From contig JAXLNO010003819.1 of assembly GCA_038087875.1 (NCBI GenBank), positions 62,001 to 126,000 on the forward strand: DNA of 64,000 nucleotides, read 5' to 3'. Positions within the stretch are counted from its first letter, which is position 1. Every line of letters begins with the position of its first letter. Origin of the DNA: Malacoraja senta. Lineage: Eukaryota. Position numbers and translations under genes: made by a program. Shown piece by piece: positions 50,777 through 63,085 of the stretch. The notes beneath the pieces were generated by a model, which searched no databases, had not been told where the DNA came from, and saw only the letters and a program-made list of their open reading frames with translations.

Positions 50777-51869
50777 TTAGGATGCGAGGCCACGTTTAGA
50801 GTATTGCGTTCAGTTTTGGGCACGTGTGATGTGAAAGATGTTGTCAAGCAGGAAAGGGTGCAGAGAAAACTTGCGATGATGTTGCCAGCACCCAAGGGAC
50901 TGAGTTTGTTTCGTGTAGTTCAGAGATACAGCGCGGAAACTGGCCCTTCGGCCCACCGAGTCCGCACTTACCAGTGATCCCCGCACATCAACAATACCCT
51001 ACACACACCAGGGACAATTTTACATTCGTCAAGTCAAGTCAATTTTATTTCTATAGTACATTTAAAAACACCTCTCGTAGTGCAAAGTGCTTTACATTAG
51101 TGCAGGTATAACGTGCTACATCCAGTGGTACATAGATCAACAATACATACATACAGCGCTCCCTCAGAGGACATCAAGAAAGGCTTGAGAGTAGAAATAC
51201 GTTTAATCATATAATTAAATGTGTTGATGGAGGGAGCTGTTCTGATGGGAAGAGGGATGATGTTCCATAGTCTTGGTATTTAAAACACGCCAATTAACCT
51301 ACACACATGTACGTCTTTGGATTCTGGGCAAAAACCCAGGATCTCGGAGAAAACCGACGCAAGTCACGGGGAGAGCGTACAAACTGTGTACAAACAAGCA
51401 CCCGTAGTCAGGATACCCGTGACTCTAGCGCATTAAGGAAGTAGCTATACCGTTATATCGGGAACGGCTTGAGTTGGAGGACCACGCCTCCTGTGGGGGC
51501 TACGGGTAGGGAACGGGTGCGTTGGGGGAGCTGACCCTATCGAAGCCTCTCATAACTTTACATACCTCAACCAGATCTTCCTGCGATCTCCGACATTCCA
51601 GAGGGAAATAATCCAAATATGACCAATCTCTCCCTGTACCACTAATCCAGCCACTATTCCGGTAAATGAGCAACTGCGGCTCTAAAACACGCTGTTCATA
51701 TTAAATGTGTCCATCTTGCTGAATTCGCAAAGTCATTCACTAATGGCTTTGCTACTGGTCACCAATATGTACAGCTTGCTAATTTGGTTAGTTTACATTA
51801 GTTTATGATAGGCGTCGATAGGTTAGACTGTCATAACTTTCATTGCCCCAAAGGTCGGTTCTAACCGGG

Positions 51870-52255
51870 ATGGCTGGACTGGCATATGTTGAAAGAATGG
51901 AGTGACTGGGCGTGTATACACTGGAATTCAGAAGGATGAGAGGGGATCTTATTTAAACATATAATGTCATTAAGGGTTTGGACACGCTAGAGGCAGGAAA
52001 CATGTTCCCGATGTTGGGGGAGTCCAGAACCAGGGGGCCACTGTTTAAGAATAAGGGGTTAGCCATTTAGATGGAGATGAGGAAACATTTTTTCGCACAG
52101 AGTAGTGAGTCTGTGGCATTCTCTGCCTCAGAGGGCGGTGGAGGCTGGTTGTCTGGATACTGTCAAGAGAGAGCAATATCGGGCTCTTAAAGGTAGCGGA
52201 GTCAGGGGATATGGGGAGAAGGCAGGAACGGGGTACTGATTGGGGATGATGATCA
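51870..52255 (+). mobile_element. CR1 LINE 3' fragment
   Basis: Decayed LEFRRMRGDL..MFPMLGESRTRG coding. Confidence 0.75.
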
Positions 52256-52258
52256 CTG

Positions 52259-52960
52259 TTGTGGGACATATCACTGATGGGGATGTCAGAGTATAGAAGA
52301 GAGATCGAGCGACTGTCCATATGGAGCCAGCACAATAACCTGTCCCTCAACACCAGCAAAACCAAGAAACTGATTGTGGACTTTGGAAGGAGTAGGATGG
52401 GGACCCACAGTCCCGTTTATATCAACGGGTCGATGGTTGAAAGGGTCAAGAGCTTCAAATTCCTGGGCGTGCATATCTCTGAAGATCTTTCATTGTCTGA
52501 GAACATTGATGCAATTATTAAGAAAGCACATCAGCGTCTCTACTTCCTGAGAAGGTTACGTAGAGTCGGTGTGTCAAGGAGGACTCTCTCTAACTTCTAC
52601 AGATGCACAGTAGAGAGCAAGCCGACCGGTTCCATCGTGGCTTGGTTCGGCAACTTGAGCGTCCTGGAGCGGAAAAGACTACAAAAAGTAGTAAACACTG
52701 CTCAGTCCATCATCGGTTCTGACCTCCCTTCCAACGAGGGGATCTATCGCAGTCGCTGCCTCAAAAAGGCTGGCAGTATCATCAAGGACCCACACAATCT
52801 TGGCCACACACTCATCTCCCCGCTACCTTCAGGTAGAAGGGACAGGAGGCTGAAGACTGCAACGACCAGGTTCAGGAATAGCTACTTCCCCACAACCATC
52901 AGGCTATTAAACTCGGCTCAGACAAAACTATGAACATTAATAGCCTATCAGGGACACATG
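52259..52960 (+). mobile_element. Rex1/Babar-like LINE 3' fragment
   Basis: ORF 52259..52933 contains NNLSLNTSKTKKLIVDF..KFLGVHISEDL..KKAHQRLYFLRRL. Confidence 0.82.
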
Positions 52961-52989
52961 ACAATAAACTCTCTTGAATCTTGCATCTC

Positions 52990-53530
52990 GAATGATCACA
53001 TTGAATGGCGGTGTTGGCTCGAAGGGCCGAATGGCCTACTCCTTCGCCGATTTTCTAGGATTGATCCCTGGGATGGCGCGACTGTCATATGAGGAAAGAT
53101 TGAAAAGACTAGGATTGTATTAACTGGAGTTTTGAAGGATGAGGGGGCATCTTATAGAAACATATACAATTATGAAAGGACTGGGCAAGTTAGATGCAGG
53201 AAAAATGTTCGCAATGTTGGGCCAGTCCAGAACCAGGGGCCACAGTCTTAGACAAAAAGTGGAGGTCATTTAGGACAGAGGTGAGAAAAAACGTTTTCAC
53301 CCAGAGAGTTATGAATTTATGGAACTCCCTTCCACAGAGGGCAGTGGAGGCCAAGTCACTGGATGGATTTAAGAGAGAGTTAGATAGAGCTCTAGGGGCT
53401 AGTGGAGTCAAAGGATATGGGGAGAAGGAAGGCACGGTTTATTGATACGGGACAATCAGCCGTGATCACAACGAATTGCGGTGCTGGATGGAAGGGCCGA
53501 ATGGCGTCCCCTGCACCTATTTTCTATGTT
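52990..53530 (+). mobile_element. CR1 LINE 3' fragment
   Basis: FRTEVRKNVFTQRVMNLWNSLPQRAVEA (ORF 53194..53445); (ATGTTTCT)n tail. Confidence 0.78.
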
Positions 53531-53669
53531 TCTATGTTTCTATGTCTATTGAAAAGAAGCTAATCAGCTACTCTCCAACTCCGTCCTATCTGCAGAACCT
53601 TCTGTCTCTGCTTCTAGACCCATCAACTAATTTACTGCACAAACACATGTGTTACTTTTTAAGCTAGGG

Positions 53670-53860
53670 GGCTCGACTGTTGCAAGTAAATTAACAGGCA
53701 CAATCCTCGGCAGCGTGCAGGCTCAGCGATCGTTTCGTTGAACACCTCCGCTCAATTCGCCTGAAACTGCTTGATCTCCCGCTTACTAAACACTTTAACT
53801 ACCCCTTCCATTCCACACTGACCTCTCTGTGCTGGGTCTCCTGCATTGTTTGAGGAGTCA
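53670..53860 (+). mobile_element. Penelope-like GIY-YIG fragment
   Basis: Translates RLSDRFVEHLRSIR..KHFN..HTDLSVLGLLHC-like. Confidence 0.5.
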
Positions 53861-55603
53861 AAATTGTCCCGTCTTACTTTTTGCTCGAATCTGCTTGACA
53901 ACGTACCCTGCTTCTGCAAAGTATTTTACACTTCAACCGCGTGGAGAGTTTACGAATGGCAACGGCGTTTTTAAAACCCTTACCTCCCGGTTCCTCCTCA
54001 TTCTGTTCCTCAAACTGCAGACGGTCACACAAACCCTGGCGGTCAGTTAAGCCCGCGGGAGACTGCGGGGTGAGAACAATGGAGCAAACAGTGAGCTAGC
54101 AATGAAGAACAGAGGAATGTCCATCATCTTACTGGTGGCAATCTAGTGAAGCTGTATCCTGTTGCGTTCCTCTTACCTTGTAAATGTTATATTTGTAAAT
54201 GTTACAAGCATTAGCTGTGCTAGCCGGTTTAATGCCATTGATGCAATGTTTATCCTCCAAGAAAGTGGATGCATTCTGGTGCTTCTGAACTCCTGCACCA
54301 ACTCGTGCATTTATGAAGGGACGCAGACCAAATTCCGAGAGTAGTTGAAGAATACGGCTAAATGCCCGCTGGGTCTATTTAGACGAATTTTTACATATTG
54401 TGAACGTCTCCAAAGTAAGCGGGTAATTTACATTTTATTTTTACTATCACAGTTAATGCGAGTGAACTCATAAGGGAGGGTGTTATATGGTGATATGGTT
54501 ATGTCATTGGGGCAGTCAAGAAGACCTGTAGAATATTGCGAGCTAAATTTCCATCAAAGTTTACCTATATATCCTGTTCACTCTTTTAAGCGAATGTTGA
54601 CGATATAGGGCAGAAATAATTTGTTTGGGGGCACAAATAGGTAGTGAATCTAATAGGATGCTGTGTTGCTTCAGTGGGGAAGGAGAGAGCTAGTTGCAGT
54701 TCTATACGTAACCGCGCGAGGGCGCGTTCCTTTTAGAACTGGTACTTCACGGTTGCATCTGATGAAATCAGTGCTTCGTTGTATTGTCTTCGAGTAACAC
54801 ATCTAGTACCTGTTCTTTTACACAAAGAACCCTTATAGAAATTTAAATCTCTGGTAAAATAAAAATTGTAATGGCATAAATCAAGGCCACTAATCAAGTC
54901 ATTCTGATGTTTATTGAATTGGACTTAGAGATTCCTGTTTTATACCAATGTCATTAGAATCGACGTCTGAGATTTTCTTCATTTTAGTCCATGTTACATT
55001 GTGCAGCTTACACTGAGTGATGCAATGAAGCCCGGGTAACTGGTCGTTTGGATGTAGACCCTATTTTCTTAGAAGAACGCTGTCCACGTGCTGGTCGTAC
55101 ACTGTTGGAACAAACTCATCTCGTTTGTGGTTGCAAATAAAATGTGACGGCCCAAATATTTAACTTTCTATTAATTTAAGTGGGACAATGGAATGAGGCA
55201 GGAATATACAGTGGACTGCGCCTTGTTTCACACCGCGCCGTGAGCTTTTCTGATATTTCTGTTCCAGGCACTCCCAATTCTATGTCCCATAATACACTGT
55301 CAGGACTGGTCACATGTGAAGCCCGGCTCACTCTGTGCAGCCTCATTAAAAACATTTCCATTCAATTCCCCCATGGATCACATTCAGCGACTTTGTTTCA
55401 AGTCATAAAAAGATATTACACGTAAACAGACCCTTCGGTCGAACGTCCATGCCGATCAAAGTGTCCCATTCCAGGTAATCCCATTTGCCCGCGGTCCCCG
55501 CTAAATCAATCCTATCCATTTGCCCGCTCAAATGTATTTCAAATAGTATTATACGTCCTGTCTCAACTAACTCCTCTGGCAGTTAGTTCCTTGTAGACAA
55601 TAG

Positions 55604-56310
55604 ACTAAAGACAATAGACAATAGGTGCAGGAGGAGGACTTCGGTTATTTGAGCCAGCACCGCCATTCACTGTGATCATGGCTGATCATCCACATTCAGT
55701 GCCCCGTTCCTGCCTTCTCACCATATCCGCTGACCCCGCTATCTTTAAGAGCTCCATCTAACTATCTCTTGAAAACATCCAGAGAATTGGCCTCCACTGC
55801 TTTCTCAGGCAGCGAATTCCACAGATTCACAACACTCTGAGTGAAAATGTTTTCCCTCATCTACGTTCGAAATAGCCCACACATTTTTAAACTGTGGTCC
55901 CTAGTTCTGGACTCTCTCAACATCGGGAACATGGTTCCTACCTCCAGCGTGTCCAATCCCTTAATAATATGTTATGTTTCAATAAGATCCCCTCTCATCT
56001 TACTAAATTCCAGCGTATACAAGCCCATCCGCTCGATTATATCCGCATATGACAGTCCCGCCATCTCTGGAATTAATCTCGTGAACGTACGGTGCACTCC
56101 TTCAATAGCAGGAATGCCGTTCCTCAAATCTGGAGACCAAAACTGCACACATTACTCCATGTGTGGTCTCATTAGGGCTCTGAACAAATCCAGAAGGACC
56201 TCTTGCTCCTATACTCACTTCCTCTTGTTATGATGGCCAACGTGCAATTAGCTTTCTGCACTGCTCCTGTACCTGCATGCTTACTTTCAGTGAGTGATGA
56301 ACAATAATCC
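55604..56310 (-). mobile_element. CR1 LINE 3' fragment
   Basis: Reverse complement of CR1 ORF2 C-terminus with a (GACAATA)n tail. Confidence 0.75.
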
Positions 56311-56469
56311 CCAGGTTATATCCATCACCTTCTCAAGTGCAAAGGTTTCCCTCCCGTTCCTGTTAAATATTTCCCCTCTCACCTTTAACCTAATTCCTCT
56401 GGTTCTTTATTCTCCAACTCTGGGTAAAGGACAGTGTGCATTCACGTTCTCCAATCCGCTAATGATTTC

Positions 56470-56790
56470 ATACACTCAGCCTCCAGCGCTCAAGATATCA
56501 GAGATCCGCCGTGGAAATGGGCCCTTCGTCCCACAGAATCCGCGCTTACCAACAATCACCAACAGTAGCACTATCCTGCAAGCTAGAGACAAGTTACAAT
56601 TTGCAGACGTTAAGAATAAACTATATTTCTGTACGTATTTCTAGTCTGGGAGGTAATCGGAACACCCGGAGAAAACCTAGGCAGTCATCGGGAGAACTTG
56701 CAAAATCGCTACTGACAGCACCGTACTTAGGTTCTAATCCGGGTGTCTGACACTGCAAGGGAGCAACTCTACCGTTACGACACGATGCCG
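56470..56790 (-). mobile_element. Diverged tRNA-headed SINE
   Basis: Same family core (gggcccttcg..gagcaactctaccg). Confidence 0.6.
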
Positions 56791-57720
56791 CCTAATTTAG
56801 TCGTACCCAGCTCAACCGATCCTTTTTGCGTAATCGCTCGAGGGAGTATAGTAGAGCTGTGATCTGGAACAACCTTCTAGTGAAGGGGTTGTCATGTTGC
56901 TGTTGTGGGGGAACTCCCAGACTATAGCGATGAAGAGAAGTAATTCAGTACCGGCTCATTGAGCTCATTGAGCAAAAACTGTAATTACTGCTTTAAGGTA
57001 TTTGCACATTTGTGCAGTCGCCCATTGGGAAAGGCGCCAGGCGTATTTAAAGTGTTTAATTTTACTGCCCTCACGTGACTATCCATCAAGGGATTTACTT
57101 TAGCAGTTGCTGTAGCTATGCATCTGGTGTCCAGTGATATATCCAGCGACTCAGATCTGGATTACTCAGCAGGGCCTAGTGGTGAACTACCCATCTATAT
57201 TGCTGGTAATCCGCCATATGCGGTAGTATATTTTGGTTTATAGACTTCCTATTCTTCCCGAGTCCCGGACGATTTTGCTGCTATTAGTAAAGGCCAATCA
57301 CTACCTGAAATTAGAAAGTCTGTCAGGGTGTCGGTAAAGTGGAATTGATTAAGGTAATTCTGACAATTCCGGGCCAGCGCATCCTCCATCCAGTGACACC
57401 CACGGTTCTATAATTAAAACAGATAATTCTGCAGTTATTAAACAGGTTATCCAGGACCGAGAGAAAGTGAGACAGAACAAGCGTTTCAGATCTCTGGTCA
57501 CATTTCCTATCCCGCTGCCAAGTGTCATAAGAGCTCTTGTAATTCTCTGCAGCTATTGGCTAATGATATGGAAACGGATTCCGGAGAAGCAGCTCGCAGT
57601 TGGAAACAATCAAACCACCAGGACACCTGCACAGAATGAAAGCAAACCGACAACTGAGAGAGAACAGTAAAGCAGGCACATCCAACCGCATCAGCGGAGC
57701 AGAGAACAAGACAACGGCGA

Positions 57721-57758
57721 TGTTTTTGTAAGGGGCTTAACTTGTTCACATCACTGTG
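57721..57758 (-). other. RSS of V13 (22-nt spacer)
   Basis: CACAGTG + 22 nt + ACAAAAACA. Confidence 0.9.
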
Positions 57759-58224
57759 CGCCTCAGTGCGCAGTAATAGACTGCAGAGTCGCTGAGATCC
57801 AGCCCTGAGATACTCAAACTGGTGAACTTAGTCGCTGTATTGAGCACAATAGAGAAACGAGTATCAGCGTATTGGGCCTTATCTTCAATGTCGTTGGTGT
57901 CTCTCCACATAGTAAACTCGGGCTGCATGCCTGGATATTGTCGGTACCATAATAAAGTATATCCACTCCATGTGGTATCATAGTTACAGGTTAAAGTCAC
58001 CGCTTCTCCTTTTGTCTTCTTCGCCGAGGGCAGTGGCTGTGTGACAGATTCTCCGTGAATAATGACTGTAAAATAAATATATTGAGATAGTAACAGACAC
58101 CGGAGTCTCATGAGATTGCACTTCTCAAAACCTGAATGAGAAAGGCGAGGGGAACTGAAAAATTTGATCCCGAATTACCTGTCAGAAACGCTCCCCACCC
58201 AACACAGATGCCGACGAAACGCAT
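57759..58224 (-). CDS. TRAV: TCR alpha/delta V segment V13 (divergent family B relative), intact
   Basis: Leader 58224-58179 (MRFVGICVGWGAFLT|gtaat), 113-nt intron, V exon 58065-57759 (HGESVTQ..LTCNY..WYRQYPG..DSAVYYCALRR). Confidence 0.93.
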
Positions 58225-58915
58225 TTTACCCGTTCACTCTGTATTAGCTGCGTTCCAAACTTGAAGCGACACAAACTGGTGCGTTTTCTCAGTCAAAGAG
58301 CGGCTGCTGGTCACCGGATGTTCGCTGTCACTGCCTTGTGCCCCCAGTGATGGAGTCAGAGATGTGGGTGGGCAGCGGGGTCGCAGCCAATTGAAATACA
58401 CGTAGCCGGAATCCAGCTTCCCCCCCCCCGACAGTAGTCGCATCCGCTTGAATGAACCGTGGTTGAGGAAGACATATTTGTTCTTGTAACCGGTAGTGAA
58501 GGTGCGAAGCCTGAGATTGTTAAACGGAACAATAATAATGTGCATATTCACAAATGGAATAGATCGGGTAAACTCACAGAGTCTCTTGGCCAGATTAGGG
58601 GGATCGAGAAACAGAGAAAATAGATTTAAGGTCAGTGGGGAGGAAGATTTAATAGAGACCAGAAGGGTAACTTTTTAATACAAAGGGGGCTTATGGAACG
58701 AGCTGCCGGGGGTAGTAGTTAAGGCAGGCACAATCGCAAAGTTTAAGAAGAACGTTGACATGTGCATGGATAGAACATATGTTGAGGGATAGGGGCGAAA
58801 CACATGCAGGTAGGACTAGTGTAGATGGAACATGATGGCGGTGTGGGCAAGTTGGGTCGAAAGGTGTGTTTGCGCGCTGTAAGACTCTATGATGCCATGA
58901 TACTAAAAAACACAA

Positions 58916-59043
58916 CAGTATTAACGGCATCCGTCCAAAGGCGACAGTTGTACAGTCGTTTCGGCAGTGTCGAGAAAACATCAGTATTAACGGCATCGTC
59001 CAAAGGCGACAGTTGTACAGTCGCTTCGGCAGTGTCGAGAAAA
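58916..59043 (+). repeat. Two-copy ~66-bp tandem repeat
   Basis: cagtattaacggcatc..gtgtcgagaaaa at 58916 and 58982. Confidence 0.85.
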
Positions 59044-61019
59044 GGGGAGTTATTACGATGTTTTGATGTTTTAATTGAGAAATGCACGTGATTTCGATAT
59101 GAAGTATATTACAAGCAAAGCCAGAAGGATGTACAAGGAGACATTTTCAATCAATGTTTCCAGTTCCACTCTCCCTTCATCTGCCATGTTTTGGCATATG
59201 AAATTCATTCCTGAGGACCTCATCACACCGAGTCCACGCCGACCACCGATGATCAGATAACTTTCGTTCCATGTTATTTCACTTTTCCATCTATTCCTTT
59301 CACACTTGGTGTATGCTTACAGAGGCCAATTAACCTAAAACATCACACCTATTTGGGATACGGGAGGAAATCAGAGCACCTGGACGATACCGACACGGTC
59401 ACAGCGAGACGGGAAAACTCCACTCAGACATCACCCGAGTACAGGATTGATCCCGGGTCTCTGAAGCTTCGAGGCAGCAGCTGCGCCACTGTGCCGACAA
59501 AATGTGTGAATTGTTTTTATAAAGAGTGCAGCTGGGTGATTGTTGAACTTTAACCACAGCTAGCCGGCAATATAGGTTTGGAATTTCCATGAGTTGCAGC
59601 AGTATATCGAGTGGTCTGGTGATCTGCATTCTGCGCACAGACCGCTGCTGCCTGGATTCGGTTCGTGGTCAGGGGTTATGGCGGGTTGTTTTCTATCTCC
59701 AGTGGAAACACCATTAGACCGCGTAACGTTCACTCTGTGTAGTATCAGCGTCGCCGCCACCACGTGAACAGTCAGCAGCTCACTAACATTTAAAATGATA
59801 TACTTATGCAAAATACACAAACATTATTGCTACCAACGGCTAAGATTACCATAATCCCGACAGGGTCAGGCGGCCAGGGGTCTCAGAATCAAATTAATAT
59901 TGAATTCGCTTTCAAAATATATATCCAAAATCAAAGAAAATATAAACCAACAATGGCCCACAAATCATCTTTTCGAATATGCTAACTATACGACGTGTTG
60001 TCAGTCATGTAAACAAACCACTGGAGATTGGAAGATAATTCAAATGCACTCTCGCTCACTTGCTCGCGGAGTGGCGTGGATATCAGGGCAGTTGTGGAGG
60101 AGCAGCCATGAATTGAGAAATCGCAAGATTTGACTGGGTCTTTACATGGAAATGGTTCCGCCTTCACAGACCTCGACTATGGGAAAACAACTGTGATTAT
60201 TGTGAATTGTAGGAATAGTCATAGTGCGTCAAGGTTTTGTATTTCAATATATATACTTTATTCGAGAAATAAATATATATAATACATGATCCTTACAAAA
60301 CCCCATCCGACACTCTCGGAGGCTAAACATACATTCAATACTGTTTACACAAATTACACAATTTTACCTCCCACCTTAGGGGTCACAAGTAACATTAGAA
60401 CATTTGCAGATGACACAAAACTGGATGGCAGTGTGAACAGTGAGGAGGATGCTGTGAGAATGACTTCGACAGGCTGGGTGAGTGGGCAGCTGCATGGCAG
60501 AAGCAATTTAATGTGGGTAAATGTGAGGTTAGCCACATAATTAATGTGAGGTTAGCCAAGTAATTGCACATCAATGTATTATCAATGCATTCCGATGATT
60601 TCGCCCTAATATCTGGAATAACGTCACATGCGGCCCCCTGCCTGTTTTATTGATAAAACATCGCTCAAAATATAACTATTTGATCAAGGACATTCCTTGG
60701 TGATATTTATTTCTGGTCATTTGGCACGTTATACGTTAAATTTTCTTATGATTTTCTTCATGAAGTGCCAACAGGTGAAAGATATTAATGCCGCTGCTGT
60801 ATCCAATTGTATTCACTCCCACCTAGACAGTTCCATGTGATTTACATCATTTAGACCGCTGCACAGGAACCATTCTCGTTTGTTTTGAAGAGGAGCTCCA
60901 AGCGAAACCCAGGAAAATATTATTATTGGGTACATGTCAAGTGAATTCAACAGTGTCTGATAAGAGCAGTAGAAAGGTAGAAAATACAATATTACATCGT
61001 AGCATGTGTTGATAAGTGA

Positions 61020-63085
61020 TCACAAGGTCATAAGTGATAGGTGCAGAATTAGGCCACTAGGCTCATCAAGCCTACTCCGCCATTTAATCATGGATGATCC
61101 ATCTCTCTCCCTCCCCAACCCCATCTTCCTGCCTTCTCCCCATAACCGCTGACACTCGTACTAATCAATAATCCATCTATCTCTGCCTTAAATATATAAA
61201 TTGACGGCTTCCACAGCCTGGTGTGGCAAAAAACTCAACAGATTCACCACCCTTTAATTAAAGAAATTCTTCCTCCTTCTTCCCAAAGGAACGCCATTCC
61301 ATTTTGAGGCTATGGCCTATGGTCGAAGACTCTCCCTCTAGTGGAATCATCCTCTCCACGTCCACTCTATGCAAACCTTTCACTATTCGATAAGTTTCAA
61401 TGTGGACCCCCATGATGCTTCCAAACTCCCGCGAATGTCGTCAAACGCTCGTCATATTTTAACCGACTCATTTGCTGGGATCGTTGTTGTAAACGTACTC
61501 TGGACCCTATCATGAACTGGCAATTCCTTCCTCAGATATGGTACCCACAATTGCTCACGATACTCCAAAAGCGACCTGACCAGTGCCTGATAGTGCCTCA
61601 GTATTGCATACCTGTTTTATGTATTATTGCCCTATTGAAATAAATGCTAGCATTTTGTTTGCCTTCCTTACTACCAATTCGATTTACAAATTACCTGGTT
61701 TGGTAATCCTGCACTAGCACTCTCAAGTCCCTTTGCACCTTCGATTTCTGGTTTCTCTTCCCATTTTGGAAATGGTCTACGCTTTTATTCCTACTACGAA
61801 AATGCATGACCCCACACTTTGCTACTCAACATTCCATCTGCCATTTCTCTGCCCACTCTCCCAACCTATCCAAGTCCTTATGTAAAGTTCCAGCTTTCTC
61901 TGCACTACCTGTGTATGGAGCATGCTGCCAGAGACAATAGACAATAGACAATAGGTAAAGGAGTAGGCCATTCGGCTCTTCGAGCCATTCAATGTGATCA
62001 TGGCTGATCGTCTCAAATCAGTACCCCGTTCCTCCCTTCTCCCCATACCACCTGACTCCGCTATCTTTAAGAGCCCTATCTAGCTCTCTCTTGAAAGTAT
62101 CCAGAGAACCGGCCTCTACCGCCTTCTAAGGAAGATAATTCCACAGACTCACAACTCTCTGTGAGAAAAATTGTTTCCTCGTCTCCGTTCTAAATGGCTT
62201 ACCCCTTATTCTTAAACGGTGCCTCCTGGTTCGGGACTCCTCCAACATCGGGAACATGTTTCCTGCCTCTAGCGCGTCCAAAACCTTAATACTCTTGTAT
62301 GTTTCAAGAAGATCCCCTCTAATTCTTCTAAACTACAGAGTATACAAGCCCAGCCGCTCCGTTCTCTCAGCATATGATAGTCCCTCCATCCCGGGTATTA
62401 ACGGTGCACTCCCTCAATAGCAAGAATGGCATTCCTCAAATTAGGGGACCAAAACTGCACAATACTCCAGATGTGGTCTCACTGGGGCCCTGTACAAATG
62501 CAGAAGGATCCTTTGCTCCTATACTCGACTCCTCTTGTTATAAAGGCCAACATGCCATTCCCTTTCTTCACTGCCTGCTGTACCTACATGCTTAATTTCA
62601 TAGAATGATGAACAAGGACCCCCAGATCCCGTTGTACTTCCCCTTTTCCCAACTTGACGCCATTTAGATAGTAATATGCTTTCCTGTTTGTGATACCGAA
62701 GTGGATAACTTCACATTTATTCCTATTAAACTTCAACTGCCATGCATTTGCCCACTCCCCCAACCTGTCCAATTCATCCTGCATTCGCATAGCACCTCGT
62801 CACAGTTCACACTGCCACCCAGCTTTGCGTCATCTGCAAATTTGCTAATGTCACTTTGAATCCCTTCATCCAAATCATTTATATATATTGTAAATAGCTG
62901 CGGTCCCACCACAGAGTCTTGTTGTACCCGACTTGTCACTGCCTGCCATTCTGAAAGGGACCCGTTAATCCCTACTCTTTGTTTCCTATCTGCCAACCAA
63001 TTTTCCATCCATGTCAGCGCTCTACCCCCAATACCATGTGCCATAATGTTGCCCACTAATCTCCTATGTGGGACCTTATCAAATG
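61020..63085 (-). mobile_element. Two adjacent CR1 LINE fragments (~61020-61920 and ~61934-63085)
   Basis: RT core in ORF 62733..63056 (GPQLFTIYINDL..KFADD); GACAATA tail at ~61934. Confidence 0.8.

Larger units (their letters stand above)
13850..51430. repeat. Segmental tandem duplication of a ~15-17 kb V cassette [V(-), pseudo-V(+), V(+), L1], about 2.3 copies
   Basis: Paralogous leaders at 16154/32800/49901, 17929/34558 and 25400/40067, with collinear intergenic blocks; boundaries approximate. Confidence 0.88.

Noticed and set aside
50300-50977. 225-aa ORF as a transposase or novel gene
   Set aside because: It is a stop-poor GC-rich MITE interior fused to a CR1 remnant, with no DDE or Myb-like motif.
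56972-56980. Isolated nonamer-like GCAAAAACT
   Set aside because: No CAC heptamer 12 or 23 nt upstream.
204-58224. NAR-TCR (leaderless supporting V-delta with NAR V-D-J) or IgH-like V segments (TAILV)
   Set aside because: Every V with visible upstream sequence has its own leader exon. I saw no NAR-type or VH-type framework (no WVRQ) and no intervening D/J.
17596-59043. CRISPR-like arrays at the pentamer runs and the 66-bp repeat
   Set aside because: Eukaryotic locus; these are simple tandem repeats without unique spacers.
59560-59820. Possible 14th V (ORF ending ..PDHSIYCC, with a leader-like ATG upstream)
   Set aside because: No Cys23/Trp41 spacing, no plausible intron and no RSS after the motif.
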